DNA from: Acidobacteriota bacterium
Lineage (GTDB): Bacteria > Acidobacteriota > UBA6911 > RPQK01 > CBDAPI01
NCBI GenBank assembly: GCA_965214465.1
Contig: CBDCBX010000021.1
Coordinates: 835,843-899,842, forward strand
DNA: 64,000 nt
Direction: 5' to 3'
Shown here: positions 1 through 9,349 of the stretch, in pieces
Layout: each line of letters opens with the position of its first letter
How positions within the stretch are numbered: position 1 is the first letter of the stretch
Notes under the pieces: generated by a model
Database searches by the model: none
What the model was told of the DNA's origin: nothing
The model's input: the letters and a program-made list of their open reading frames with translations, nothing else
Program-made: the position numbers and the translations under genes

Positions 1-453
1 GTTCCAATAGACCGGCCGGTTACTTTTCCACAAAATCAGTCCGATCACAACCGGCGTCACAAAATGGGAAACGTAAAGGAGATTGGAGACCGGATCGATC
101 AGCCAGGTCGCAATGGGCCCACCCAGGTGACGCTGAAGAACTGCCGCCGGAATCATGCCGGCCGACAACATCCTCTCCCATTCGATCAGATCGACAATAT
201 GGATAGCACTCACGTCCAGGCCCCGTGAAAATACGCTGAGGCTCTGATAGCAGAGGAGCAGGATCAAGAACGGGACCAGGGCCACCCACTGGCCATTTCT
301 TCCAGGAGGAGCTATCAGCCACACCAGCATGGGTACCGGCAGAAGCGTCCAGGGCAACCAGCCGACGCCAAGTACGTAATAGAGACCGGCGCCCACCGTG
401 AAGACTACGGGGAGTCCCAGCACCGCCGCCCTGCCGGTCAAACGGCTGATCAC
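1..453 (-). CDS. integral membrane protein, partial (about 150 N-terminal residues; gene continues past window start)
   Basis: A stop-free frame runs on the minus strand from the window edge to a GTG at 451-453. That GTG overlaps the gpmI TGA stop (GTGA arrangement). The translation ...VISRLTGRAAVLGLPVVFTVGAGLYYVLGVGWLPWTLLPVPMLVWLIAPPG...WLIDPVSNLLYVSHFVTPVVIGLILW contains several hydrophobic helices. The ORF-track entry 20..322(-) is in another frame and is low-complexity. Confidence 0.4.
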   Translation of the reverse strand, partial: MISRLTGRAAVLGLPVVFTVGAGLYYVLGVGWLPWTLLPVPMLVWLIAPPGRNGQWVALVPFLILLLCYQSLSVFSRGLDVSAIHIVDLIEWERMLSAGMIPAAVLQRHLGGPIATWLIDPVSNLLYVSHFVTPVVIGLILWKSNRPVYWN

Positions 454-2123
454 GGCTTCTCCGGATGCCCGCGCCCGACCAGGTTCTCCCCTTCCATCTC
501 GTCGGGATGATTCAGCTCCAGGAGGGAAAGGAGGGTCGGAGCTACGTCTGCGAGCCGACCGTCGGACAGGGAGGCGTGTTCAAGTCTCTCGGATACGAGG
601 ATACAGGGGACCGGGTTCGTCGTGTGGGCGGTGTGAGGGCCACCGCTTTTCTCGTCCCACATCTGTTCGCAATTCCCGTGATCCGCCGTGATCAGGGCTT
701 CCCCACCCACCTCAAGAAGAGCCTCCACGACCCTCCCAATGCTGGTGTCCACAACCTCGACAGCTCGAATGGCTGCTTCCAGCACTCCGCTGTGTCCCAC
801 CATATCTCCATTGGCATAGTTGATGATCACGAAACCATAGCGGCCCGAACGGATCGCCTCGACCACGTGCTCGGTCACCTCCAGAGCGCTCATCTCGGGC
901 TTGAGGTCGTAGGTAGCCACGTCCGGAGAAATGGCCATGTAGCGTTCTTCTCCCGGGAACGGAGCTTCTCTTCCTCCGTTGAAGAAAAAAGTAACGTGGG
1001 GGTACTTCTCTGTCTCCGCAGTGTGTAACTGGAGCAGCCCCGACTGGCTGACCGCCTCTGCGATCGTACCGGTCAGAGGGCCGGTGTTGAAGGCAACAGG
1101 GCAGTCAAAACCGGCTCGGTAATCGGTCATCGTCACCAGGTGAATCCGAGGCTGACTCTGAGGAGTGAAGCCTCGGTGCGGATCGCCCCGGGTGCTCTCT
1201 GCAAAGTCCCCGTCAGTGAGTGCGCGGATGATCTGGCGAGGACGGTCCCCGCGGTGGTTGAAACTGATCATCACATCACCATCCAGGACTCTTCCAATCG
1301 GACCGCTTGAATCGGCAATGACGGTGGGCCGGATAAACTCGTCACTTTCGGCCGGATAGAGGGCTGGGTCGGAATGGGTGGCCGCTCTCTGGTATGCCGA
1401 CTCGACTGCTTCCAGGCCCGATCCGGACTGAAACTCGGCTTCTCCCAGCACCATCGCCTCATAGGCGAGCCGGGTTCGGGGCCACCGCCTGTCACGACCC
1501 ATCGAATAGTAGCGTCCAATCACGGTGCCGATGCGGCCACCGTGACGCTTCAGATGCGCATCCAGTCGTTGAACGGCTTGCCGTCCGGAGTGGGGAGGGC
1601 TGTCCCGTCCATCGGTGAAAGCGTGAAAGAGAACCTGGTCCGACCCGATGCCGTTCTCAGCCGCCATCTCAATCAGCTCCAGGTAATGCTGCTCCGAGGA
1701 GTGAACCGAGGCTTCGCTGATCAGTCCGAACAGGTGGAGACGCGATCCACGGGACCGGGCCAGTTGCATGGACTCCACAAGTGCCGGGTTGTGGCGAAAG
1801 GCGCCTTCCTCGATGGCCTTGTGAATCTGCATGAGTTGCTGCTGGACCACGCGCCCCGCACCCAGGTTGAGGTGCCCGACTTCGCTGTTGCCCATGGTTC
1901 CTTCGGGAAGACCCACGTCCCTGCCGCTGGTGTCGAGGCGGGAGGTGGGAAAGCGGCGGCTCAAGGCGTCGTACTCCGGCGTCGCGGCCAGGGCGACCGC
2001 ATTGTGCTCTGTTTGCTCTCTTAACCCCCAACCATCCATCACAACCAGGACAACCGGGCCTCTCTGCTGCTTCTCTGGCAAGTCGTTTCCTAGTTGTGAA
2101 CTCTCAACAGGTTGTTCAGTCAA
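450..2123 (-). CDS. gpmI: 2,3-bisphosphoglycerate-independent phosphoglycerate mutase
   Basis: The 557-aa product carries iPGM hallmarks (VVLVVMDGWG..., HLNLGAGR, metal-binding and phosphotransferase motifs) along its full length. A ~20-aa N-terminal extension relative to typical iPGM suggests the true start is internal or altered. Confidence 0.9.
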   Translation of the reverse strand: MTEQPVESSQLGNDLPEKQQRGPVVLVVMDGWGLREQTEHNAVALAATPEYDALSRRFPTSRLDTSGRDVGLPEGTMGNSEVGHLNLGAGRVVQQQLMQIHKAIEEGAFRHNPALVESMQLARSRGSRLHLFGLISEASVHSSEQHYLELIEMAAENGIGSDQVLFHAFTDGRDSPPHSGRQAVQRLDAHLKRHGGRIGTVIGRYYSMGRDRRWPRTRLAYEAMVLGEAEFQSGSGLEAVESAYQRAATHSDPALYPAESDEFIRPTVIADSSGPIGRVLDGDVMISFNHRGDRPRQIIRALTDGDFAESTRGDPHRGFTPQSQPRIHLVTMTDYRAGFDCPVAFNTGPLTGTIAEAVSQSGLLQLHTAETEKYPHVTFFFNGGREAPFPGEERYMAISPDVATYDLKPEMSALEVTEHVVEAIRSGRYGFVIINYANGDMVGHSGVLEAAIRAVEVVDTSIGRVVEALLEVGGEALITADHGNCEQMWDEKSGGPHTAHTTNPVPCILVSERLEHASLSDGRLADVAPTLLSLLELNHPDEMEGENLVGRGHPEKP

Positions 2124-3160
2124 AGGGGTTGTCCATCCGAGCTTCTTCGGGAATGCTGATTGGAAGTTAAACCTTCAGCAGCCAAAGGAGACAACGGATG
2201 GACATTCATCACAATGCACGAAGTTGCCCGCACAGTCGAGCCCTGATGGTGGATCGTGTGCAGAGGGGCGATCCGGTGGTCCGGGTAGCAGCTGATCTGG
2301 GAGTCAGCGAGCGGACCGTCTACAAGTGGTTGGCCCGCTATCGCCGGCAAGGTCTTGAGGGACTGAGGGATCGTTCCTCCCGGCCTCATTGCAGTCCCAG
2401 ACAAGCAGCAGCCGCTGTGGTCGATCAGATTGTGCAACTCAGACACAGACGGATGGTCTCGGCTGAGATCGCCGCCCGTCTGGATCTGGCTCGCTCGACT
2501 GTGGCCCGGACCCTCTCCCGACGGGGTCTCGGTCGGCTCAAAGCTCTGGATCCTGCCCAGCCACCTCGACGCTACGAGAAAGAACATCCCGGAGAGCTCT
2601 TGCACCTGGACATCAAGAAACTGGGCCGTATCGACGGCATCGGCCACCGCATCACCGGAATCCGCCGCCGCCGCCGCCCTCGTCCGGGCTGGGAGTTTGT
2701 CCATGTCTGCGTCGATGACGCCTCCCGCCTGGCCTACCTGGAAGTTCTGCCCGATGAGCGAAAGGAATCCGCCATAGCCTTCCTCCAGCGCGCCCTCTCC
2801 TTCTTCCATCAGCGCGGTGTTCAACCGCTCTCCATCCTCACCGACAATGGATCTTGTTACCGCGCTCATGCCTTCAACAACTGCTGCCACCGCCACGGCC
2901 TGCGCCATCTGTACACCAGACCCTACCGCCCTCAGACCAACGGCAAAGCAGAGCGCTTCATCCAGACCATGCTCAGAGAGTGGGCCTACCGCATCCCTTA
3001 CCGCAGCTCACGAGAACGCTCCCGCTGGCTTCCTCGCTGGCTCCACTTCTATAATCACCACCGTATGCACCAGAGCCTGGCCAATCTCCCTCCCATCAGC
3101 AGACTACCTCTTTTGAACAACGTCATGAGAATGCACACCTAGTGTACTGTCCGGAAAGTC
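2124..3160 (+). mobile_element. IS481-family insertion sequence (boundaries approximate; left inverted repeat not identified)
   Basis: It contains an IS481-type transposase gene. The sequence CTAG-TGTACTGTCCGGAAAGTC overlaps the tnp stop codon. That motif recurs as inverted terminal repeats of a 160-bp MITE at 37409-37573. Only 74 bp separate the tnp start from the gpmI start. Confidence 0.45.
2198..3142 (+). CDS. IS481-family DDE transposase
   Basis: The 314-aa product has an N-terminal HTH (HHNARSCPHSRALMVDRV...VSERTVYKWLARYR) followed by an integrase-core DDE domain (LHLDIKK...DD...TDNGSCYR...RPYRPQTNGKAERF). Confidence 0.9.
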   Translation: MDIHHNARSCPHSRALMVDRVQRGDPVVRVAADLGVSERTVYKWLARYRRQGLEGLRDRSSRPHCSPRQAAAAVVDQIVQLRHRRMVSAEIAARLDLARSTVARTLSRRGLGRLKALDPAQPPRRYEKEHPGELLHLDIKKLGRIDGIGHRITGIRRRRRPRPGWEFVHVCVDDASRLAYLEVLPDERKESAIAFLQRALSFFHQRGVQPLSILTDNGSCYRAHAFNNCCHRHGLRHLYTRPYRPQTNGKAERFIQTMLREWAYRIPYRSSRERSRWLPRWLHFYNHHRMHQSLANLPPISRLPLLNNVMRMHT

Positions 3161-3172
3161 GGGTTGCGGCCC

Positions 3173-3481
3173 TCAGCTTCGTCGATGCCGGGTCAGATAA
3201 GAAAGCAATTGATCTTCGAATTCACTGTGGTCCTCAACCAGAGAACTGATTTCCCGGGACGAGAATCGCAGCCGCATCGGGGTCACGCGCTGGTGCTGCA
3301 CCTTGACTTCAAGACCATCGGCAGTGGTGCTGATCGTCACTTCTGCGTCCGAGCCAAGGTGAAACAGAACAAACTGTCTCAACCGGTCCAGGAATCGGCC
3401 CCGAGTCTGTCCGGCATCCATTTCGCTCCACAGTATCGCCGCAGCAAGCGCTGAAGTACAACTCCACTTTGTTGGTGACAC
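3173..3481 (-). CDS. hypothetical protein (102 aa)
   Basis: ORF only, with no recognisable motif. It lies between the IS481 copy and a MITE-like element. Confidence 0.25.
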   Translation of the reverse strand: MSPTKWSCTSALAAAILWSEMDAGQTRGRFLDRLRQFVLFHLGSDAEVTISTTADGLEVKVQHQRVTPMRLRFSSREISSLVEDHSEFEDQLLSYLTRHRRS

Positions 3482-3503
3482 CTCTCAGTTGGTATCTTAG
3501 CCC

Positions 3504-3671
3504 TGATGATTCACAAATTTTCTAGCGCAGCGTGAGAATCTCCCGCCCTGACTGCGTTACGCTCGGTCGACCTCCTCGGCGTACTGCACGAGTACGCCTG
3601 CGGGGGCCTCGGTCGCAAGCCTTGCCGGAACGGGTCTTCCCCCGCTTCGCTACGAAAACTTGTGAATCATC
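3504..3671. mobile_element. MITE-like element (~168 bp) with 24-bp terminal inverted repeats
   Basis: GATGATTCACAAATTTTCTAGCG at 3504-3527 and its reverse complement CGCTACGAAAACTTGTGAATCATC at 3648-3671 bracket a 120-bp GC-rich core. The element is intergenic, upstream of lptD. Confidence 0.45.
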
Positions 3672-3749
3672 CGAGCTAGTACTCACTTTCGTAAATACGA
3701 TGACGTTTGTTCGATCCGCGGAGTCGGCTGGCCCACGAGGCTAATCCCA

Positions 3750-6056
3750 TTGATAGAAACGATGACGAAGCCTCGCTTCCGTCTCTTTTTGCTGTCTGGC
3801 CTTGCGGGACTCATCCGCCGGGCTTGGGGCACTCCCACGGGTGGATCCTCGGAGGCCCGGCGGAAGAGTCCCACGCGTCACGGTTTTCACTACCAAATAG
3901 TGGTAGTGGGCCTGGCCTTAGCGGCTCCCGTGCTGGGCCAGGATCGAGCCCGCCTCGAAGTCTCCTATCGAGGTGAGCTTCTCGTCATTGAAGCCGACAG
4001 GATCATCTCTGCTGATCCCACCATTGCTGAAGGGGATGTGGTTGTTACCTATGAAGATATGACTCTGAAGACCGGACGGCTGATCTACCATCGACAACGC
4101 GAGCTGGTGGTCGCTGAGGACGGGATCGAGATGATTCAGGGAATCCAATGGCTGAAGGGTACCAACGGTGAGTTCAAGCTGGGGGACAAGACCGGGTTTA
4201 TTGACAACGCCGAGGGTTTTACAGATGATGAGCTCTTTGTAAAGGCACGACGTCTTCTCAAGACTGGGCCCAACACCTACAAGGCCCAGGATGGCTTCCT
4301 GACGGCCTGTCAAGAAGCGGTTCCGAAATGGAGCTTTTCGGTCAGCAATGCCACGCTGAAAGTCGCATCCAGTGCCTCTGCAGCTCACGCCATCCTCAGA
4401 ATCAAGAATGTTCCAGTCTTCTACCTGCCCTACCTTCGTGTTCCGGTGCGACAAGATCAGCGCTCCACGGGCTTTCTGCTTCCTTCAACCGGGACTTCCA
4501 GCAACAAGGGCCGCCGCATCACACAAGGCTTCTACGTCGTGCTGGGACGAAGTGCGGATCTGCTGATTGAAGAGGACTATTTCTCGGAGCGGGGTTTTGG
4601 CCACAGCTTCACCTTCCGGACACGGCCCAACCAGAACAGCTATCTGTACCTGAACGGCTATATGATCGATGATCGGAAGGATCAGGGAGGCGCAAGTTTC
4701 ACAGGCACCGGCGAAACCAGCTTCGGAGATGGTTATCGTCTGGTCGCCGACTTCAACCTGGTCAGTAACTTTGTGTTTCGCAGGGTCTTTGCTGACAGCT
4801 TCTACCTGGCAACCAGGCCGAGCGAAGCTTCCCAGCTGTTCCTGACTCGAAACGCCGGACCCAGCTCTCTGAATGTCCGCCTCGCGCGCGAGGAAACCGT
4901 TTTTCCCAGGCGCAATGCCGTGACCGCGGCTGTTCCGAGCTTTCAATTCAACGTCAACGGGATGCAAATCTCCGATCTACCGATCTACTTCGCGTTGGAC
5001 GCCCTGGCAGAGGGAGTCAGTCGAACTGACAGCCAGATCGAGACTCCGACTCTCACTCAGCGCCTGGATCTTTATCCCAAGTTCTATTTCTCAGTCGATC
5101 TTCCGCAGGGACTCAAGCTGACTCCCCGGATCGGGGTGCGAGAGACCTTTTACAGCGACAGCCTCGAACAGACTGAAGAGGGGAGAAGGCTCACGCCGGA
5201 CAGCCTGCATCGAGACTACTTTGATTTCACGCTGACGCTGGATGGATGGGGCCTGTCCAAAATCTACCGTCAGGGGAGCAGCGGAGCCTTCAAGCACCTG
5301 ATTGAGCCCCTCTTTAGATACCGTTATACCAGCGGTATCGACAACTTCACGGAAACGATTCTTTTCGACGAGAATGATGCGATTGCCAACACCAACGAAA
5401 TTGAGTTCGGTCTGGTGAATCGGTTTTTTGTGCACCAGCGAACCAGAAGCGGCTCCAGCACACGGGAATGGCTCTCTATCAAAGTAGCCCAGAAGTATTT
5501 CGGCGATCCGGACTTCGGGGGGGCCTTCCAGTCTGGCAGAGTGAACCAGTTTTTCCCCCTCTATACGCAGACCGGCTTCCATTACGGCGCGATCCGGCGA
5601 CGGTTTTCGCCTCTGACCACCGTGGCCAGGGTGACTCCGAGCCGACGTTTGAGTTTCGACGTGCACAGTGACTACGACGTCAATTTCAACAGGGTTCGTA
5701 ACCTGGCCGTGACCGGCTTTCTGAACAAGGGCCGCCTGGGCCTGGCAACCACTTTTTTCTTGACCGAGGAACTGGAGGCCGGAACCCGGAAAAACAACCA
5801 GCTCCAGGGATCGGTTCGCTGGGGGAACTTCAGAAGAGGGCTCTCCTTCAGCAACATCTTCAGTTACGACGCCCGCTCCAAATCCCTGCTGAATCTGAGG
5901 GCAAGAACGAACTACTTCTGGGACTGCTGCGGAGTTGCCGTCGAGTACCACAGGCTCAACCTGGGATTGAGGCAGGAACGAGAGATCCGGTTCTCTTTCT
6001 TTCTCAAAGGGATCGGGTCCTTCGGGACCATCCGGCGACCGGATACGCTTTTCTAG
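3750..6056 (+). CDS. lptD: LPS-assembly outer-membrane protein LptD (OstA)
   Basis: The 768-aa product has the LptD signature region ...ATLKVASSASAAHAILRIKNVPVFYLPYLRVPV... and a C-terminal beta-barrel-like region. The real start is probably downstream of the first ATG. Confidence 0.8.
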   Translation: MIETMTKPRFRLFLLSGLAGLIRRAWGTPTGGSSEARRKSPTRHGFHYQIVVVGLALAAPVLGQDRARLEVSYRGELLVIEADRIISADPTIAEGDVVVTYEDMTLKTGRLIYHRQRELVVAEDGIEMIQGIQWLKGTNGEFKLGDKTGFIDNAEGFTDDELFVKARRLLKTGPNTYKAQDGFLTACQEAVPKWSFSVSNATLKVASSASAAHAILRIKNVPVFYLPYLRVPVRQDQRSTGFLLPSTGTSSNKGRRITQGFYVVLGRSADLLIEEDYFSERGFGHSFTFRTRPNQNSYLYLNGYMIDDRKDQGGASFTGTGETSFGDGYRLVADFNLVSNFVFRRVFADSFYLATRPSEASQLFLTRNAGPSSLNVRLAREETVFPRRNAVTAAVPSFQFNVNGMQISDLPIYFALDALAEGVSRTDSQIETPTLTQRLDLYPKFYFSVDLPQGLKLTPRIGVRETFYSDSLEQTEEGRRLTPDSLHRDYFDFTLTLDGWGLSKIYRQGSSGAFKHLIEPLFRYRYTSGIDNFTETILFDENDAIANTNEIEFGLVNRFFVHQRTRSGSSTREWLSIKVAQKYFGDPDFGGAFQSGRVNQFFPLYTQTGFHYGAIRRRFSPLTTVARVTPSRRLSFDVHSDYDVNFNRVRNLAVTGFLNKGRLGLATTFFLTEELEAGTRKNNQLQGSVRWGNFRRGLSFSNIFSYDARSKSLLNLRARTNYFWDCCGVAVEYHRLNLGLRQEREIRFSFFLKGIGSFGTIRRPDTLF

Positions 6057-6104
6057 TGCCTCCTTGCTGGCATACGATGACATCTACCAGATGATCTTGA
6101 TCAG

Positions 6105-6602
6105 ATGACCACGATTCTTCTCAGCCTGGGTTCCAACCTGGGCGACCGGCTCAACCACCTTCGGTCCGCCATCGAGCTCCTGAGGGCGTCGAGGATGAGA
6201 ATTCTCCGGTGTTCGGCTGTCTACGAGACCGAACCCGTTGACCTGGAGGAGCAGCCTGACTTCCTCAACATGGCTCTCGCCGCTCGAACTCCACTGGGGC
6301 CCCAGGCGGTACTGGCAGCCTGTCGGGAAGTCGAGCAAAGACTGGGACGCCGAAGACCGGAAGAGGCCAGGACGATCGACATCGACCTGCTTTACTATGG
6401 AACCGTCGAACTCTCGACGGAGATTCTCGAATTGCCACACCCAAGGTTGTACGAAAGACGCTTTGTTCTCGTTCCTCTCCAGGAGATTGCTTCAGATTTC
6501 CTGGATCCGGTGCGGGATCAAACGATCGAGTCACTCCTGAAGCGCTGCCCGGATCAATCGCGCGTCACCGAGTTTTCATCGGGAAGTCTCGAACCATGCT
6601 GA
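6105..6602 (+). CDS. folK: 2-amino-4-hydroxy-6-hydroxymethyldihydropteridine pyrophosphokinase (HPPK)
   Basis: LGSNLGDR...YETEPVD...PDFLN...RTIDIDLL...LPHPRLYERRFVLVPLQEIA is the canonical HPPK motif set. Confidence 0.9.
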   Translation: MTTILLSLGSNLGDRLNHLRSAIELLRASRMRILRCSAVYETEPVDLEEQPDFLNMALAARTPLGPQAVLAACREVEQRLGRRRPEEARTIDIDLLYYGTVELSTEILELPHPRLYERRFVLVPLQEIASDFLDPVRDQTIESLLKRCPDQSRVTEFSSGSLEPC

Positions 6603-8461
6603 AGGCCCACGTCCGAATCCTCTCTCTCTCGATCCTGAGCCTGTTTAGCTACGGATTCCTGGAATGGCTCTTTTTCATTACCAAGCCATCTTTTCTTTCA
6701 GTCCTCAACTGGTGGGAGAAGGCTCAGGTGCTGTTCGCAGTGCTGGCGTTTCCTCTAGGCTGTGTCCTCTGCCTCCACTTGCTGATAATGATCCTGGCCG
6801 GCCTTTTCCCCTGGGCTCTCTGGAAGAGGGCTGCAGCCCTGGTTCCGGCTGCCATTGTGGCGGTGACCGCCCTGATGATGGTCGACAACTTCACCTATAC
6901 GCTTCTCGACGTGGGTGTGAAGACAATCGACGGGTGGCGGCGAGCCCTCTACCCGGCCTTTATGGCGGCGATCGCTGTCGCTGTTTTCCGCCGTGCCCTG
7001 GTGATTCCATCCCGACTCCGGCTCTGGTCCGCTCTCCCGGCTGGACTGATTGTCGTGCTGTCCGCCCAGGCGCTTCTCAGCTACTGGGGCAGCGACCCGG
7101 GTATCCTGCTCAGCGAGAGCCAGGGGGAGATCGGGAAGAAAGTGCTTCCCAACATCGTCCTTCTTTCAAGCGACGGCCTGAATGCTTCTCACATGTCGGT
7201 GTATGGCTATGAGAAACCCACCACACCTTTCCTCGAGAAACTGGCCGACAGTTCCCTGCTCGCTGAAAACGCCTTTGCCAACGCCGGAGTCACCTCCGGC
7301 TCGATCACTTCCCGTCTGACCGGGAAATGGCCCACCCAGACGCGCCTGCTCTATCCCCCCGATATCCTGCGGGGAAAAAACTCATACCAGCACCTGCCCG
7401 GGCTACTGCGCAGGATGGGCTATACGGGGCTTGATGTCAGCATCCGCCACTACGCCGATACAGTCGACCTGAATTTTCGCGAAGCCTTCGACAGAGCGAA
7501 CTTTCGGACAGTGAAGAGAAAGGCGGGCCTGGGATCCGTCTGGCTGGAGCTCGACGCTTCCCACTTCCTCTATCAGTTGCAGGATCGTCTCTTTTCGAGA
7601 ATGAGGAAGATTTTCCGGGGCATTCCCATGGACGAGGCCTTCGAAGAGGTCACAGAAGGAGACCGCTCGTTCAAACGCGACCCAGTACGCATGAAGGAAC
7701 TTCTTGACTTCGCTGGAGCACAGCCAGAACCGTTTTTCTGCCACGTTCACCTGATGGGCACCCATGGATCCCGCTTTCGAACTCATAACCAGGTTTTTTC
7801 GAAAGGACTGGAACAGGACCAGCCTTGGATGACCGAGTTCTACGACGACGCGATTCTCGACTTTGATGACTATGTTCGCCAGCTGGTGGACTTCCTGGAA
7901 GAGCGCAATCTCCTGGACCGAACGGTTCTGGTCCTCGGCTCCGATCACGGACAGCTGTTTCGAACAGCTGAGCGGATTCCCCTGCTCATCCGTTTCCCAG
8001 AGGGAGACCATGCCGGCAGAATCTCGGCCAATGTTCAGAATCTGGACATCGCACCAACCCTGCTTGACTACCTGGGCAGCAGAATTCCGGAGTGGATGGT
8101 CGGACGCTCACTCCTGACCGATTCGCTCGACCCCAACTATCCCGTCCTGGCTGCCAGCCTTGGAGGCACCTCGACGACCGTGACTCCAGAGGGAAGGCAG
8201 CTCAATGCGAGCGAGCTCCGGGCCCCCTTCTATTCGCTCGGCCAGATCAGCGCGATCTTCTGCTCAGAGGCCTACCGACTGTACCTTGGAAACGGCATCA
8301 TTTCGCACTACACCATTCCCGGGCACACTTCTCCGTGCGCATCGCCCCCGGAGCTATCCCACGTCGAGAAGCTCTTTCTCGATCATCTCAAGGCCCAAGG
8401 ATACCCCACCGGGAGCCTTCCGCAGCCGATGAAAGTGATGGAAACCTCGCACGGCTTTTGA
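6596..8461 (+). CDS. membrane-anchored sulfatase-family (alkaline-phosphatase superfamily) protein, LTA-synthase/phosphoethanolamine-transferase-like
   Basis: It has N-terminal multi-TM helices followed by a sulfatase N-domain (NIVLLSSDGLNASHMSVYGYEKPTTPFLEKLA...GVTSGSITSRLTGKWP). Confidence 0.75.
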   Translation: MLKAHVRILSLSILSLFSYGFLEWLFFITKPSFLSVLNWWEKAQVLFAVLAFPLGCVLCLHLLIMILAGLFPWALWKRAAALVPAAIVAVTALMMVDNFTYTLLDVGVKTIDGWRRALYPAFMAAIAVAVFRRALVIPSRLRLWSALPAGLIVVLSAQALLSYWGSDPGILLSESQGEIGKKVLPNIVLLSSDGLNASHMSVYGYEKPTTPFLEKLADSSLLAENAFANAGVTSGSITSRLTGKWPTQTRLLYPPDILRGKNSYQHLPGLLRRMGYTGLDVSIRHYADTVDLNFREAFDRANFRTVKRKAGLGSVWLELDASHFLYQLQDRLFSRMRKIFRGIPMDEAFEEVTEGDRSFKRDPVRMKELLDFAGAQPEPFFCHVHLMGTHGSRFRTHNQVFSKGLEQDQPWMTEFYDDAILDFDDYVRQLVDFLEERNLLDRTVLVLGSDHGQLFRTAERIPLLIRFPEGDHAGRISANVQNLDIAPTLLDYLGSRIPEWMVGRSLLTDSLDPNYPVLAASLGGTSTTVTPEGRQLNASELRAPFYSLGQISAIFCSEAYRLYLGNGIISHYTIPGHTSPCASPPELSHVEKLFLDHLKAQGYPTGSLPQPMKVMETSHGF

Positions 8462-8500
8462 CAGGCCACGGATGCGTGCTCCGGCAAATACTGAGCTATA

Positions 8501-9244
8501 ATGGGCGGGCCGATTATGAAGAAAAAGAAAGAAGAGCAGGACCAGCAGCAGGAACCCAGGCAAAGTACCCTCCGCGAGTACTTCCTTACCACCGTCGTGT
8601 GTACGATCTTTGCCCTCTTCGTTACCACCTACGTTGTCCACCCGATGACGGTACCCACACCTTCCATGGAACCCACAATCATGGTAGGCGATCGCCTCCT
8701 CATTGATAAGTTCACGGTCCGCAACGGATTCCTGGATGGCACCCTCCCGGTTGCCCCCGAACATCCGGTCCAGCGTGGAGACATTCTGGTTTTCAAATTT
8801 CCGGAGGAGCCCGAAGTACTTTACGTGAAGCGTTTGATCGGTTTGCCGGGCGAGACCATCGACATCCATGACAAACAGGTCTATATCGATGGCGAGCGTC
8901 TCGAGGAACCCTACAAGCACCACAGTGACTCGATGACCTATCGGCGCAGGCCCATGCCCCACGGTTTTGTCGGTGACTTCCAAAGAGACAACTACGGACC
9001 CGTGAAGGTTCCGGAAGATCACTACTTCATGATGGGTGACAACAGAGACAACAGCGCTGACAGCCGATACTGGAACTTCCTGCCCAGCACTTTCGTAGTG
9101 GGACGTCCTCTCCTGGTATTCTGGTCCTATCAGGACGATCCTACCGCTCACACGCGCACCGACTACCTCAAACTCTACTCGGAGCGCGTCCTCAATTTCT
9201 TTCACAAGACCCGCTGGAGCCGGACTTTTCAATTCATCCGGTAG
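8501..9244 (+). CDS. lepB: signal peptidase I
   Basis: It has the SPase I catalytic boxes PSMEPTI, VKRLIGLPGE and GDNRDNSADSRYW plus an N-terminal TM anchor. A likely start is the ATGAAG ~15 nt after a TATAAT box. Confidence 0.9.
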   Translation: MGGPIMKKKKEEQDQQQEPRQSTLREYFLTTVVCTIFALFVTTYVVHPMTVPTPSMEPTIMVGDRLLIDKFTVRNGFLDGTLPVAPEHPVQRGDILVFKFPEEPEVLYVKRLIGLPGETIDIHDKQVYIDGERLEEPYKHHSDSMTYRRRPMPHGFVGDFQRDNYGPVKVPEDHYFMMGDNRDNSADSRYWNFLPSTFVVGRPLLVFWSYQDDPTAHTRTDYLKLYSERVLNFFHKTRWSRTFQFIR

Positions 9245-9349
9245 GTTGGTTCTAGGTTCTGGGCTTTGGATTCTCACTGGAGAATGGATTCGTAGGGGGG
9301 ACCCTTGTGGTCGCCCGTCAAACGGGCCGGCACAAGACCGGCCCCTACG
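9245..9349 (+). repeat. REP-like composite repeat, copy A (GGTTCTG-type heptad tract + 58-bp imperfect palindrome)
   Basis: CGTAGGGGGGACCCTTGTGGTCGCCCGTCAAACGGGCCGGCACAAGACCGGCCCCTACG is preceded by ggttctaggttctgggctttgg. It sits between the convergent lepB and pgi stops and overlaps the pgi stop codon. Confidence 0.8.

Noticed and set aside
20-322. ORF-track entry 20..322(-), 100 aa
   Set aside because: It is a low-complexity Gly/Ser/Pro-rich translation. A different minus-strand frame over the same region is stop-free to the window edge and encodes convincing TM helices. I therefore called that frame (1..453) instead.
1374-2024. Long antisense and alternative-frame ORFs inside gpmI (1374..2024(+), 1669..2031(-), 465..1028(+))
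   Set aside because: They lie entirely within a well-supported gene. They are Arg/Gly/Pro-rich, typical of GC-rich shadow frames.
8354-9277. 307-aa ORF antisense to lepB
   Set aside because: It overlaps the whole signal peptidase gene. It has no motifs and its composition is driven by GC.
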